Source of the DNA: Guillardia theta CCMP2712
Lineage: Eukaryota; Protista; Cryptophyta
Direction of reading: 5' to 3'
Assembly (NCBI RefSeq): GCF_000315625.1
Contig: NW_005434589.1
Coordinates: 137,330-201,329 of the forward strand
DNA length: 64,000 bases
The notes under the pieces were generated by a model. The model made no database searches, was not told the origin of the DNA, and was given only the letters and a program-made list of their open reading frames with translations. Shown piece after piece: positions 24,201 to 36,200 of this stretch (the first letter of the stretch is position 1; every line of letters begins with the position of its first letter). The translations under genes and the position numbers were made by a program.

Positions 24201-27200
24201 TCACTGGTAGGCTGGGCAGCTGTCGGCAAACATGGCGATCACGCACAGTCGGCCGTCCCCGTGCACCTGAGAGAAGTTGGCGACTAGCGGGGACGAGGAG
24301 ATCCTCACGATCCTCCGCGCGTTCATCGCCACCGCCTGATGCAGGCTGCCTCCCATCATCCGCACATACGACACCAGCTCCTCCTCTGTCCTCAGGCTTC
24401 CCACCGCCAGCCTTACCCCACCTGCAGCACGTTGGCCTGCACCAGCCGCCGCTCCGTCCTCCTCAAGCACCCGACGCCTTCCCCGCACTCCCACACCGAC
24501 CCGCGTCCTCCCCACGCCTGCGCAGCCACCTGGGCTGCTCCTCGCACGGAGAGGAGGTCCGGGTTGATGGCGAAGAGAGCCTGCCAGTTGGTCCCGTAGA
24601 GCCGCGCGACGTCCTGCAGCGTCTCCCCATCCATGACCCAGTGCTCGCAGAAGAGGACGCGGACGACGAGCCTGCGCTCGTCTCTCGTCACTCCGTCGAC
24701 CTTGAGCTCCAGCACCAGCGTCTCCTTCCCTTCCACCATCGGCACCCACGTCACGTTGACCTCGGAGGAGTTGCCAGGGCCCGGGAGCATGGGAGACTTG
24801 CCCAAGGGCTCGAAGGAGGGGGGCGAGGAGAGCAGGGAGGGCACGAGCTCGACGGAGGACCCCTGCGTCAGAGCGAAGCGAAGGAGGAGGGAGAGCTTCT
24901 CCCCTGCCTTGACCACAAGCACGTCCCCCCACTCGGGCGTGGGCGAGAGAAAGTGATTGACAGGCGGCCGATGCCCCACGGCGACGGTTGAGAGGGCTGG
25001 GCAGACGCACACAGCCTTCTCCTTGCCCGCGATGACTGCGCCCGCATCGTCGTAGAGCTGGAGGATCGCATCCAACCTGCATCCTTCTGCCCAGCTGTCG
25101 CTCACAGCGTCCCATACCACACAAACCACCCCGCTCCTGCTGGGATCCTGCTGGAGCTGGCTTGGGACGGAGAAGACAAGGTCGACCGTCACCCCCAAGG
25201 CGTTGACGCGATCGGCGAGGGAGGCGTCGGGCCAGGAGGAGACGGCGAGGCTGACGGCGCGGGAGAGGAGGAGAAAGTCTCCGGTGTAGGAGGGCCTGGA
25301 CTCCAAGAGGCTGACGGCGACCGATCGGCCTGCCGCTATCTGAAGGACGGGGTCCGAGACAGCAGCGGGAGCGAGGGAGAGGGTCACCGGTTGGTCGGGC
25401 ATGGAAAGATCCAGCGGGCCTGCTAGAAGCGCGTCCACACTGACAACCTGCTGCTGCATGGCGACCCGCGAGAGGAGGAGGCGATCGAAGCCTGAGGTGA
25501 GGGCGAACTGCATGGCGAAGGAGGCGATGAAGTCCGCAGCCAACATCTCGTTGGTCCACCACTTGCGCGCGAGGGAGGAGGCGCTAGAGGGGTCGAGGCT
25601 GAGCGAGGAGACGCTGACGGCGATGTGATTCGCCAAGACCAGCAGCTGCTTCAGCTGCGTCACGCTCATCTCCTGCACGCCCAGCTGTTTCATCGTGTAC
25701 AAGAGCGACTCGAAGGACTGGACGCAAAGTGTAACGTCGCTGGGGTCGAGCTGGACTGGAGGCTGAGTCAGCAGCGTCAGGACTTGAAGGGTGTGTAGGA
25801 TCGAGTCTTGCGAGGGCTGCTGGGCCTGATAGAGTTGCTGCATGACGGGGAAGAGGAGGGAAAAGAGCTCCTGGCGCAGCGTCAAGTTTTGACTGCCCAA
25901 GTTCGACTGCACAGCCAAAACTCCAGCCCACAACATGTCGGATCTCCCGGTCTCTTCAACTCTCGCCTTGAGTGCGAGCAAGTTCTCGTGGCCGATGGAT
26001 CGCGATGGGACTTGAAAGGAGGGCAGGACGACTCGAGTTGTCGCCCCTGCCTCATCCACCACGTTGACGGTCACGTTGAGCATCCCGCTGGGAAGAATGA
26101 TTTCCTGCTCGCTCCTCTTCACTCCCAGGGAGAAGTACCGCCCGCTCGTCACTTCCAGCTCGTACGAGTAGCTCAGCCCTGCCGCCAGTCCTCCCTCGAA
26201 CCCTTCGCATCGCAGAGCAGCGTTGAACGGCAGACTCTCTGCCTGGAGGAGGACAAGCCGACAAGACCCGCCAGGAGGCTGGGGGACGACCTTGAGCTTG
26301 CACCAGCTAGCGGGATGAGCGTGAGGTTGGGATACGGCGATGACGCTGCTTCCTTCCACCTTGCCCAGCTCGACCCCAGCAACCGCCAGCGCTGCGCCCT
26401 GACGCTCGAGTGAGTTCGTGGAGGGGTAGGGGAAGGTGTCATTGAACGTCCAGGAAATCAGCTGGAGGGCAGCTGGGAACGAGCTGGAGGCGTTGGCGAG
26501 GAGGTCGATGCCGCCCTGTACCTCCTCGAAGCAATCGACCTCGCTGAACTTCTGGAAGATTCGGATGGTCGACAAAGTCACGGCGCTGCCTCCCACCACG
26601 AGGTCTGAAGTCGCTACGGCGAACTCCATGGACGACGAGACGATGACGCGGAAGGAGTAGACCTTGCCTGCCTCCAAAGTCGCTGCATCGACACTCATGC
26701 TAACGCCATCGGTCAGCATGAGCATGCTCCCGTCCGAGAGCCTGCAAGGATCTGCACCAGTCAAGCACTGCCAGCTGTACCCGAGAGCTCCGGCCGAGTT
26801 GGAGTGCAAGACAACCGCCTCCAAGACGACTTGTTCAGTCGGCGAGACCATCCGGTTGCCGCCCTGCAACTTCACCAACATGGGCTCCAGTCTCGTGGGA
26901 GCATGCGCGTCGATCTCGATGACCGCAGAGGGGTCAATCTTGGGTGTCAACCTCACTCTGACTCCGTTGGTCGCGCTAGTTCGCAGCCGGTAGGCTGTCT
27001 CTCCGCTGATCAGCAAGGGCGTCTGATCGCTCAGCTCGTACCACTCGTACTGCATGGTGGCGTTGGGCGCCGACATGCCTGACACATCCAACGTCAGCCA
27101 CAGACAAGCACGCGGGCCGCAAGTCTTACCTAGCGATACCTCCAGGCACGCCGAATGTCTCGAGTCTGCGATGAGCTCCAGCGGTTGACTAGACGGCTGA

Positions 27201-30200
27201 TACCCGATGACCTGCAGGTAGGCGGCGGGGATGGCAAATCGCTTGCGATGCAGGCGATGCTGGAACGAGAGGACTTGACCGCCGAGCAGAGTGACGCGAC
27301 ACATGACGACGAAGTCGTTGACGTCGAGAGGAAACGCCTCTGGTCCCACTCGGATCTTGAGAGAGGTCTGCTCCACCAGCACTCCTGCAACCTCCTGCAA
27401 CCCAGTGGTGAAGAGCCTCCACTCGACCGCGAGCGGCCTTCTCATGCTCTCCAAGTCTATCGCCAGTTCCACGTCATCGCACGGCCCGAACATCGAGGGG
27501 CCGTAGAGGTGACCCAACTTGCTGGGTCTCGAGGTCACAAAGTCATCGATGACTGTGAACCCGAGGTGAACTGGCAGGTCGCGCGCGTGCTGGTTGGTCG
27601 GGGAGACGGCGGCGTCAAGCATACCAATGTAACCTTGTTTGAGAGTCGTTCCCGAACCCAACGCGACGACGAGCTCGACGTCGGAGCTGAAGTAGCAAGA
27701 AGCGTCGTAGCCGAAGGCTGTCACTGTATCGCCTGAGAACAAGCGGCTGCAGCCAAACATCGTCTTGTCCCCGACGTTGGCCGTTCCCATCACCACCGAG
27801 CCGATCCCTTGGAGGTCAATGGGCTGGTTCATGGTGACTAGCAGCATCCTCCCGTCGGGAGTCAGGCGGGCTCGACGGACTTGGAGGCTGTGGATGTAGG
27901 TGTACTCGAAGCTGAGCGAGTTCTCAACCTCCTGACGGAAAGACACTGAGACCTCAACCACCTCCCGTCCCTCCAGCTGCGGCGCCGAGGGAGGAGCGAC
28001 CAGCACGAAGCTTGTCATCCCGCTGTCTGTGGTGATGTTGCCGATCACTGCCGGCTCCTTCCCTGCGAACACAACTTGCACATCGCTCACTTCCCGCGGT
28101 GCGACAAGTCCGAGCACGCTCACTAGCACCTTGTTGCCTCCCACAGCCGAGCCCTCTCCCCCGATCACCTGCACGACCCTCTGTCGAGGCGAGTCAACGC
28201 GCATCCTGGTCGCTGCCATGAAGTTGCCCCGTCGTACGACTAGGTCATACTGTCCGAACGTGATCGGAGGCAGGAGGAAGGTAACCTCAGAAGCAAACTC
28301 GTCGTCGTAACTCACACTGTGCAGCTTGCCGAAGTACGGGCCGACGGTCAGCTCGAAGTTGCTCAGCACGTCCGAGTTCGCTGAAGTGCCACCGAAGTTG
28401 GCAAGGACCAACTTGAGCATGTTCTCAGCTCCTTCATTGAGCGTGGCAGGAGTGACTGATTCAACCCTCGCCGTGTCCCACACCTTCTCCACCGCCGCGG
28501 TCAGCACAACACCAGGGAAGATGCTGCGCTGAGCTAGAGGGACGACAGAGAGGGGGAGACTGGCGGCACCAGAAGAGGCAAGAGGAAGGAGAGCAGCGAC
28601 AGCTGTCTCCGTCTCGTCAGTTGAGATCAGCCTGTAGCTGTTGACGCCTCCTAAGCTGACGCCCAAACTCTGGAAGGAAGAAACCATCGGGAAGTTAAGC
28701 AGCAAGACTTCAACTTGGCTGCCTCCGTGAGCTGAGGCCGTGGAGGGAGTGAGGAGCCTCATCTGGACACATCAAGTCAGTCAAGTCAAAGCCATCGCGC
28801 TCACAGTTACCTCAGGGGCTGCGATGTAGGTGAAGCTCGCACTCGCCACAGTCCCCAGCAACAAGTTGCGGACTTGCAGGGTCACTCGACCAGGAAGTTT
28901 CGCTGCTGGCACTGTGATATTGACAACCAGGTCGAAGCCAGACTGGACGAAAGAACCTGCGACGATCGTCGCCTCCTGCCCTCCAACGTTCACCTTGATG
29001 TGATCGGAGTTGGCAGCGAAGAAGTTCAAGATCGTAAGCTCGACATTGCAACCTCCAGTCACGCTGCACTCCGGTTGACGCACGGCAACAGCAGGAGTGT
29101 AGAACTGGTGCTGGTAGCTGGCAAAGTGCTCGGTGTTGTAGCTCTGGAAGATCAGAACAGTCGTGCTCATCGGCATCCATACTGACGGAGTCACGAACTC
29201 GATCACGGTTCGTAGAGGAGCTTCTCCAGCCCCCCTCTGCTCGTCACTCCACGAGATGTTCTTGACGGTCCCACTGAACGGCCCGAAGGCGATCTGAACC
29301 TGATTCAAGAAGTCCTCGCCCGCCTCCGCTGCTGTCACCAGCTGCGGGAATCTCTGCAGAGCGATCTCGACCACGTCCCCTCCAGCTATCGACGAGCTCG
29401 TCGTGCTGATCGATTCGATGTGGGTCAGGTTAGTCTGCGTGTAGCTCCAGTCAATGGCGCCATCAAGCACCTGCAACAGGGTGAAACGAGCAGGGCCAGG
29501 GGAGGCCCGAGCAGGAATGGTGAAAGTCATGGAGCAGATTCGGTTGTATGAGACTCCGTTGCAGACGACGTTCTGCGCTGGGGTCGAGAGGTAATCACTG
29601 CTGTTGACCGCACCGCTCAAGTTGGTCAAGGCCAACACGAACTGAGAAGAGCTGGAGCTTCGGATGCGAACAAACACCTGAGACGTGCGATTGAGAGGCC
29701 CGATAGCGGGGTAGTAGGAGAGAAGCTTCGAGTCCATAGCGTCCACCTTGAGGGTGACATTGAGGGTGAGAGCCTGGCTCGATCGAGCTAGTGCCAGAGA
29801 CAACTTGTCACCGCTAGCGGGACACGCCAGAGATTCGAAGGAGAGGACAGTTGAGGTCCAGTCAGAGACGACAACGCTCCCTGCCGTTGATACTCCCGCG
29901 GCACTGACCAACCTGACCGTCTCTTGTTGCAGGATGGGAGACCACCCTTGGTAGGAGACCGTCAGGTTGAAAGTTCCACCAATGACGCAACTCTGAGGAG
30001 AGAAAGAAGCGATGGCAGGGCTGACGGCCACAGGTCGATACAGGAAGTCAAACTGAACGTCGGAGATTTGGGGGCTTAGGAACTTCACAAGCGCCCGGCA
30101 GAGCCCCTCCGTCGCTCGTTCTGGGTTGACCACGACAACCGACAGGCTCTGCTCTACAGGGTCTGCCATCATCTCCACCACCCTTGCGGCCCTAGAGCCG

Positions 30201-33200
30201 AAAACAACCAAGACATCATGGAGCGGCAGAGTGACGTTGGAGATGCGGAGCTCGATCAGCGTTCCTCCCGTTAACGGGCCTTCACTGACGCTCACCCTGT
30301 TGAGGACAGGAGCTTGCTTTGCACGGAGATCAAAACATCTTGCGGCATCGCAGGACTGAGGTGCAAGAACCTGTGAAGACATGTCACCACAAACAGCGGG
30401 CGACATGCGAAAACTCACCGGAGCCAACAAGACATTCTGAGCGCAGAACCAGGTGTAGTCGCAAGTTTGCTGCAGAGAGTAGAGGAAAGTAACATACGGT
30501 TGGTTGGTGTCGGTGCTTGAGATTCGGATGGGAAGCGGTCCCATCGTCATCATGGGAGGGACGTAGAAGGCAACTGTAGTGACGGAGGAGGCGTGGATAA
30601 CCTCCTGCACTTGGGCGTTGGCGCCTCCAGCACCCACATAGATCGACTTCATGTCGTTGACTTGGAAGCCTCCGACCTGCGCTATCACGAGCGAGCCGTC
30701 CAGGGGCCCGCTCATCCGGTTGAGGTCCAGGAGGGTCGGAGTGCTGAGGTCGTAGAAGGAGACGTCGACCTCGACGTCACGACTGGCCGCGCGGATGGTG
30801 ATCTTGGAGCTCGACGACGTGGCGGAGTAAACCTGCATCACCACTCGAACAACGGCACTCACGTTGTAGATCTGAGTCCTGACTAACTCGAAGGACTCGA
30901 TGCTGGCCCTGACATCAGACTTGACGTAGAGGGCAGGAGAGACCGGGCCAGAGATATCCTTGTAGTTCTGATCGAAGGACATGCTGGGGAAGAGAGGGTA
31001 GTCCTGAATGATCACCTCCAACTTCGATGGCAGACCCAGAGGCAGCGAGCGAGGCCAGACGTTGAGGACCTGAGGAACGTTCCCTTTGCCTAAGGCAACC
31101 TTGAAGCCGACGGAGAAGTCACGATTGAGAGTTGACAGCACGACTCCGTTGATCTCACTGAGACTGTCGAGTTGAGTTCCGATGGGTTTGATCGCAAGCA
31201 CCAGCCAAGAGTGATCAGCAGACACAATGTCAAACTCTTGATCCTGCAACCAACGAGATTCAATGGCGACCTGAAGCTCAAGTTTGCTCTTCACCGCCGG
31301 CATGCCAGTCAATGAGAGCTGGAACTCAACCCTGCCATCTGCGAAGAAAACTTGCTGACCCGACGCGTGCAGACGAGGGTCGTTGTACTGATAACTGAAA
31401 GAGATCGAGGAGCCAGACACAATGTCGGTGATCTCCACCATCGCTTGACAGGCCTGCTCGCAACTGGTGGGAGGAACGACGAAGGAGAACTCGGTCTCGA
31501 ACTGACTGGAGGACCTCAAGTTGAACACAGCCGCTGGTTTGCCTCCAACAGAAACGAAAACTTGCGACATCGACGTCAGGGGGAAGTTCTTGGCCAGGAC
31601 CCTGACGGGGTTTCCGCCGAGGGCAGGGCCAGAGGAAGGCTGGGCGAGGACAAGCTGCGCCCCCCCGACCACTGCGAGGCGGAACGAGGAGACCTGCTGG
31701 TTGATGGCGCCCTTGAACAGGTAAACGCTCCCAGCCCATGAGCCCTTGGGCAGAGGCTGCTGCAAGGAGCAGACCAGCAGGGCCGAGTCAACGTGAGACA
31801 CGATAAGATCCAGAGGAGTGCAGGAGACGCCGCTGACGTCGACGTCAAAGTCCGACAGTGTCGCGTTAAGAGGAACTTGTTGGAGCTCGAGATTGAGCGT
31901 CTTCTGCTCGTCAGCCTGCACTTGCGGGGGATCAACTTTTACCAGCTGGAACGACTTGGTGACCATGATGTTCACATAACCCGCAGCAAGGAGGCTGGGG
32001 CTAGCGGAGCCTTGGCAGATGCCATAGAAGCTCACAGCTTGCTGGCCAGTCGGCATGGGAGGAACAAGAACAGTTAGAGTGATGGAGTTGGCCGTCTTGT
32101 CAAGAGTCCGTTGGACGTCACTGACCTCCGCAACTCTCTGCCCAACAAATGCTGTGAAGTCACAACCAGAGAAGCTGGGGTCGAGGAGGGCAAACGTAGC
32201 CTGCAGGTACCAGTTCCCGGCTGATGGCCCGGTGCTGGGGTTGAGCTCGGCTTCACTGACAGTGTACGAGTCCATGACTGTGAGCATGGAGCTGAACTCT
32301 CGGCCTGTGCTCGTGACCGTGATAGCGGCAGGTCCCTTCATGAGGACAGGGGCGACTAAGCGAATCAGAGTCTCTGCCTTGGACACCATCACTGACTGGA
32401 ACTGCACAAGCGAGTTGTCGAGAGAAACAGCCAAGACCGTAGAGGGGTCCACACCCTCCAGCAGGACGGAGACGATATCTCCTCCAAGGTTAGAGATGTT
32501 CTGAGGGAAGACAGCAAGCAGCCTCGGAACCGGGGAGTAGAACTCTACATCCGCTTGCACTTGACAGCGCTGGGGGAATCCGTTGATGCTGATCTGAAGG
32601 GACACATTAGCGGCGACTTGAGACCAATATTTGGGTGAATCAAATTGCACGATGGAACGAGAGTCTATCTGCTCGAACTTGGCAACGGGGATGGAGACAG
32701 GACCCAGTCGGACGACGAAGTCTAGACTGCTGCTGATCGACTGAGTCGTGTGGAGCTCTACGGTAACTTTAGTGCCTCCGTCCATGGAGATGGAGGATGG
32801 GGAGACCCGGGTGATGGCAGCGCACTGAGGATCGAAGATCTCAATGGAGAAGCTGAGAGTCTGGTTGATCATGATCTGCAGCTCAACAGTTCCTGACCGA
32901 GACGCGATGGAAACGTCAGGGAGGACGAGTTGCATTGCCATGGAATTGGCTCCAGCTATCAAAGATCCAGGGGAGATGGGCACTTGGAAGGTCTGGCTGT
33001 TAACCAGGACCTGGGCAACGATTCCAGTAGCAGATTGGGAGCCGATCACGTTGTCAATCTCTACCTGAAGCTTGCCACCTGTGCTCGCGATCACGCTGGG
33101 GGTGACCTGACGAATCATTGGGGAGTGAACTGGATCATCGATGTTGATGGGCAGCACCAGATCTATCAGCTGATTGAGGGAACTGCGAAGGACGAGGACC

Positions 33201-36200
33201 GCCTGTCTCGCAGCCCCCGTGTCGAACACACTCGTGACAATCGTCGTTGCCGTGCTGTCCTGAGTCAAAGCTGACACGCCGACAGCTTGTCCATCGACCA
33301 AGACCTCAAGGCGGTCCAGCGACATGGCTGGTGCGTTGCTGACCTTGAGCGAGAGGGCAACCATCTCATCCTTGAACAGCTGGGAGGGGCTCGTGACCTG
33401 CACGACGGGCTTCACGCTGGCAGGGAAGTGAGTGAGGAAGCTGGTGGTGAGACTGCCAGCGATCCAGAGGCTGAGGTTCTTGTAGCCAGACAAGCCCAAG
33501 GCAGAGGGGCTGCGAACGAGGAAGTCGCAGTGTGAGGGTGTCCAGGAGACTCGAAGGATTGGAAGTCGCTTGCTCGACTCGAAACGGATCTCAACAACCT
33601 CGTTGGAGAGAATCTGCCGGAGATTCTCTACCCTGACCACCATCTCGCCCTCGACAGGGGGTGTAACCTTGACCTGCGTCATGCGAACGGCTCCCTGAGC
33701 AGCCTTGAGCTGGTTTGGCACGTAGAAGAAACATGAGTCAGAGTCCGAACGGAGCAGAGCGACTCCTCCCTTGGCGGAGGTCGGGTACCTCAAGCTCACT
33801 GCTGTGAAACCATCCGTTTGGTTGACACGATCCACCACAGCCTGATGCCCGCAGTCCGAGCTCGCTAACCCTCCGCAAGTGGCATCGTTGAAGCAGGAGA
33901 GGGCGCAGGTTGTACAGACATCGTCTGCTGCACACCATCCCTGGTTGAGTCCTCCTACCGCGTACGACGCGCATTTGCCGAACATGCCGCTGAAGTTGGG
34001 AGTGTCAGAGCACGAGTCAAGCGAAATGCCGAAAGTGACTTGCAGGTTCGAAGTCGATGAAAGGCTCTTGGGGATGGGGTTAGAGCACTTCGAGCACGAG
34101 GGGAAACTGAGTTGGAGGTAGAAGTTGGAGCCAGGAACAGCAACCGCAGGCGCGAGAGTGACGTCACATTTCTTTCCTGGCAGCATCACAAAGGCCTCGT
34201 CGTTCCTGAGAGTGACCCCCCCAGCGAGCGCCATCGAGACTCCGTAGACTCCGTGGGCAACGACGTCAGGCATCGATGCGAAGATCGAGATGACGTCCAG
34301 TCGGAAACGAATTGCATGCACCCCTACCATCACCAGCTGAGCTTCCTTGCCACTGAACACGAAATTCTGAGAGCGGTTGTTCGAAATGTTCATCTGAACG
34401 ATCGCCACCATCGGAATGGTTTTGTATGTTGTGCTCAGTTCGAAGAAGAGAACATCCTGACTGTCTTGATACAAAACAGCAGGGCCACCGGAGGATGGGA
34501 GGGAATGGTTGAGGGTTTCAGCTTCAGGAGAGAAAGGAAGAAAGGAAGAAATCTTCAAGGGGTCCGTGAGAACATCGATGTACCCGCTTGCAACCACAGA
34601 GCCACCCTGCCCGATGACATTGAGGGCCTTTGACTGCGAGGTCACTGCTGACATGGCAGGTACTCGACAGTTGATCGACGTCCTTGCCGTGATCGACTGA
34701 TTGAGAGTACAATCGAGAAGCTCGTTGTCCAAGGAAACCTGCAGGGCAGCTCGACTGTTACTTGCCAGCACGAGGGTCACGTTTGTTGACTCGTGCACGT
34801 AGACCATTGTGGGTCGGACACTCAGCAAGCTGTATCCCGTGCTGGGAGCGACGGAGAGCGCGCAGGAGAGGTTCAAGGATGGCAAGTTTACTTGAATCTG
34901 CAGGACAGACGAGGAGCAGACGACGGGGAGTTTGAACTGCATGAAGTGCACTCTACCCTGAGGGGTGTCAGCAGTCTCTGGAGACAACAAGAAGGGACTG
35001 AACGACGATGAGCTGCCATCGATGATCGTAACTTGAATGTTTGTGAGTCCTTGCAGACCTGAGACTCCGAGAGTCACGTTATCGCCACATTCAGCGCCCT
35101 GCCACTTCTGCGAAGTTTGGTTGTACGTGATGCCATTTCCAAGTACAGATCGGATCTGAGGAGGCTCGCAAGTATCCCTGGGCATCAAGAACTTCACCTT
35201 GCTCTGACCGTTGTGAAACAATTCAGCAATTCCCTGCCCTCCCAGTTGCGTCTGCCTGTTAGGCAGTTGGAGGCTGAGGATAGAAATAATCGGTTTTCCG
35301 TTCACAGCGTTTGAGCTCTGACGTGTAACGGAATTGATCGTTGCGTCTGCGCCATCCAAGGAGAGTCGAAACTTGCTGACGTCACTGTCAAGCTCAAAGG
35401 CAAAGTGTCGGAGGATGATTTTCATGGCACTGCCACTCGAGCATGGAATCGACGTAGGTACTGTGTCCACCACCACGGGCGTCAAGTGGTCGGAGATATT
35501 GACGATGCTGGTGGGTTGGCTGTAGCCGTTGTCAGCCATCGCGACAACACGGAAGTAGTACATGACTCCACTTGTAAGCCCAAGCTTGGAGTATCGGAAG
35601 GTGGGAGTCGTCTTATCAATCATTGGCGTGTACTCGACGATCGGAGCTTGGAAGTCAGAAGTCAAGGAGGTTTGAACCTCAAAGCTCAGCTGATTGTTTG
35701 CGATGCTGCTGGAGTCGATCGCCCATGACAAGTTGACAGCGAGGCCACTGGACGAGCCCGACCACAAGAGCGCCTGGAGGTTGTGAGGAGCAACAGCGTT
35801 CCCCATGAACTGCGAAAGCAGAGGGTCTGATGCTGGGCCGATGCCAGCCAGGTTCTTGGCGACGACTCGGAACTCGTACAGGCTGTTGGGCTGCAACGAG
35901 CTGGTCGACAACCTATAGCTTTCTCGCAGGGGCACCACGTCATAGTCCGTGTCGTTGACCCTAACGATGTAGGAGGCGAGAGGGTAAGAATTGTCGCCCG
36001 TGCCCGTATTCACCGGCCACTTCCATGAGAACACATAGTATCCCTGCTGTAGCACGAAACTGAAGTCAAGCGGGCTTGACGGCAAATCTGCTGCGCGGCA
36101 GGTTCTATACCCAGAGAAGGCACCAGCACCAACAAGGTTGTAAGCTTTCACACGGAAGAAGTACACTCGTCCTGCTTGAAAAGCCAACGAGATGTTCTCG

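Noticed and set aside
23713-24991. GGRE / PPSL repeat ORFs
   Set aside because: Read-through of the GGGA microsatellite and N gap, or antisense to the giant gene.
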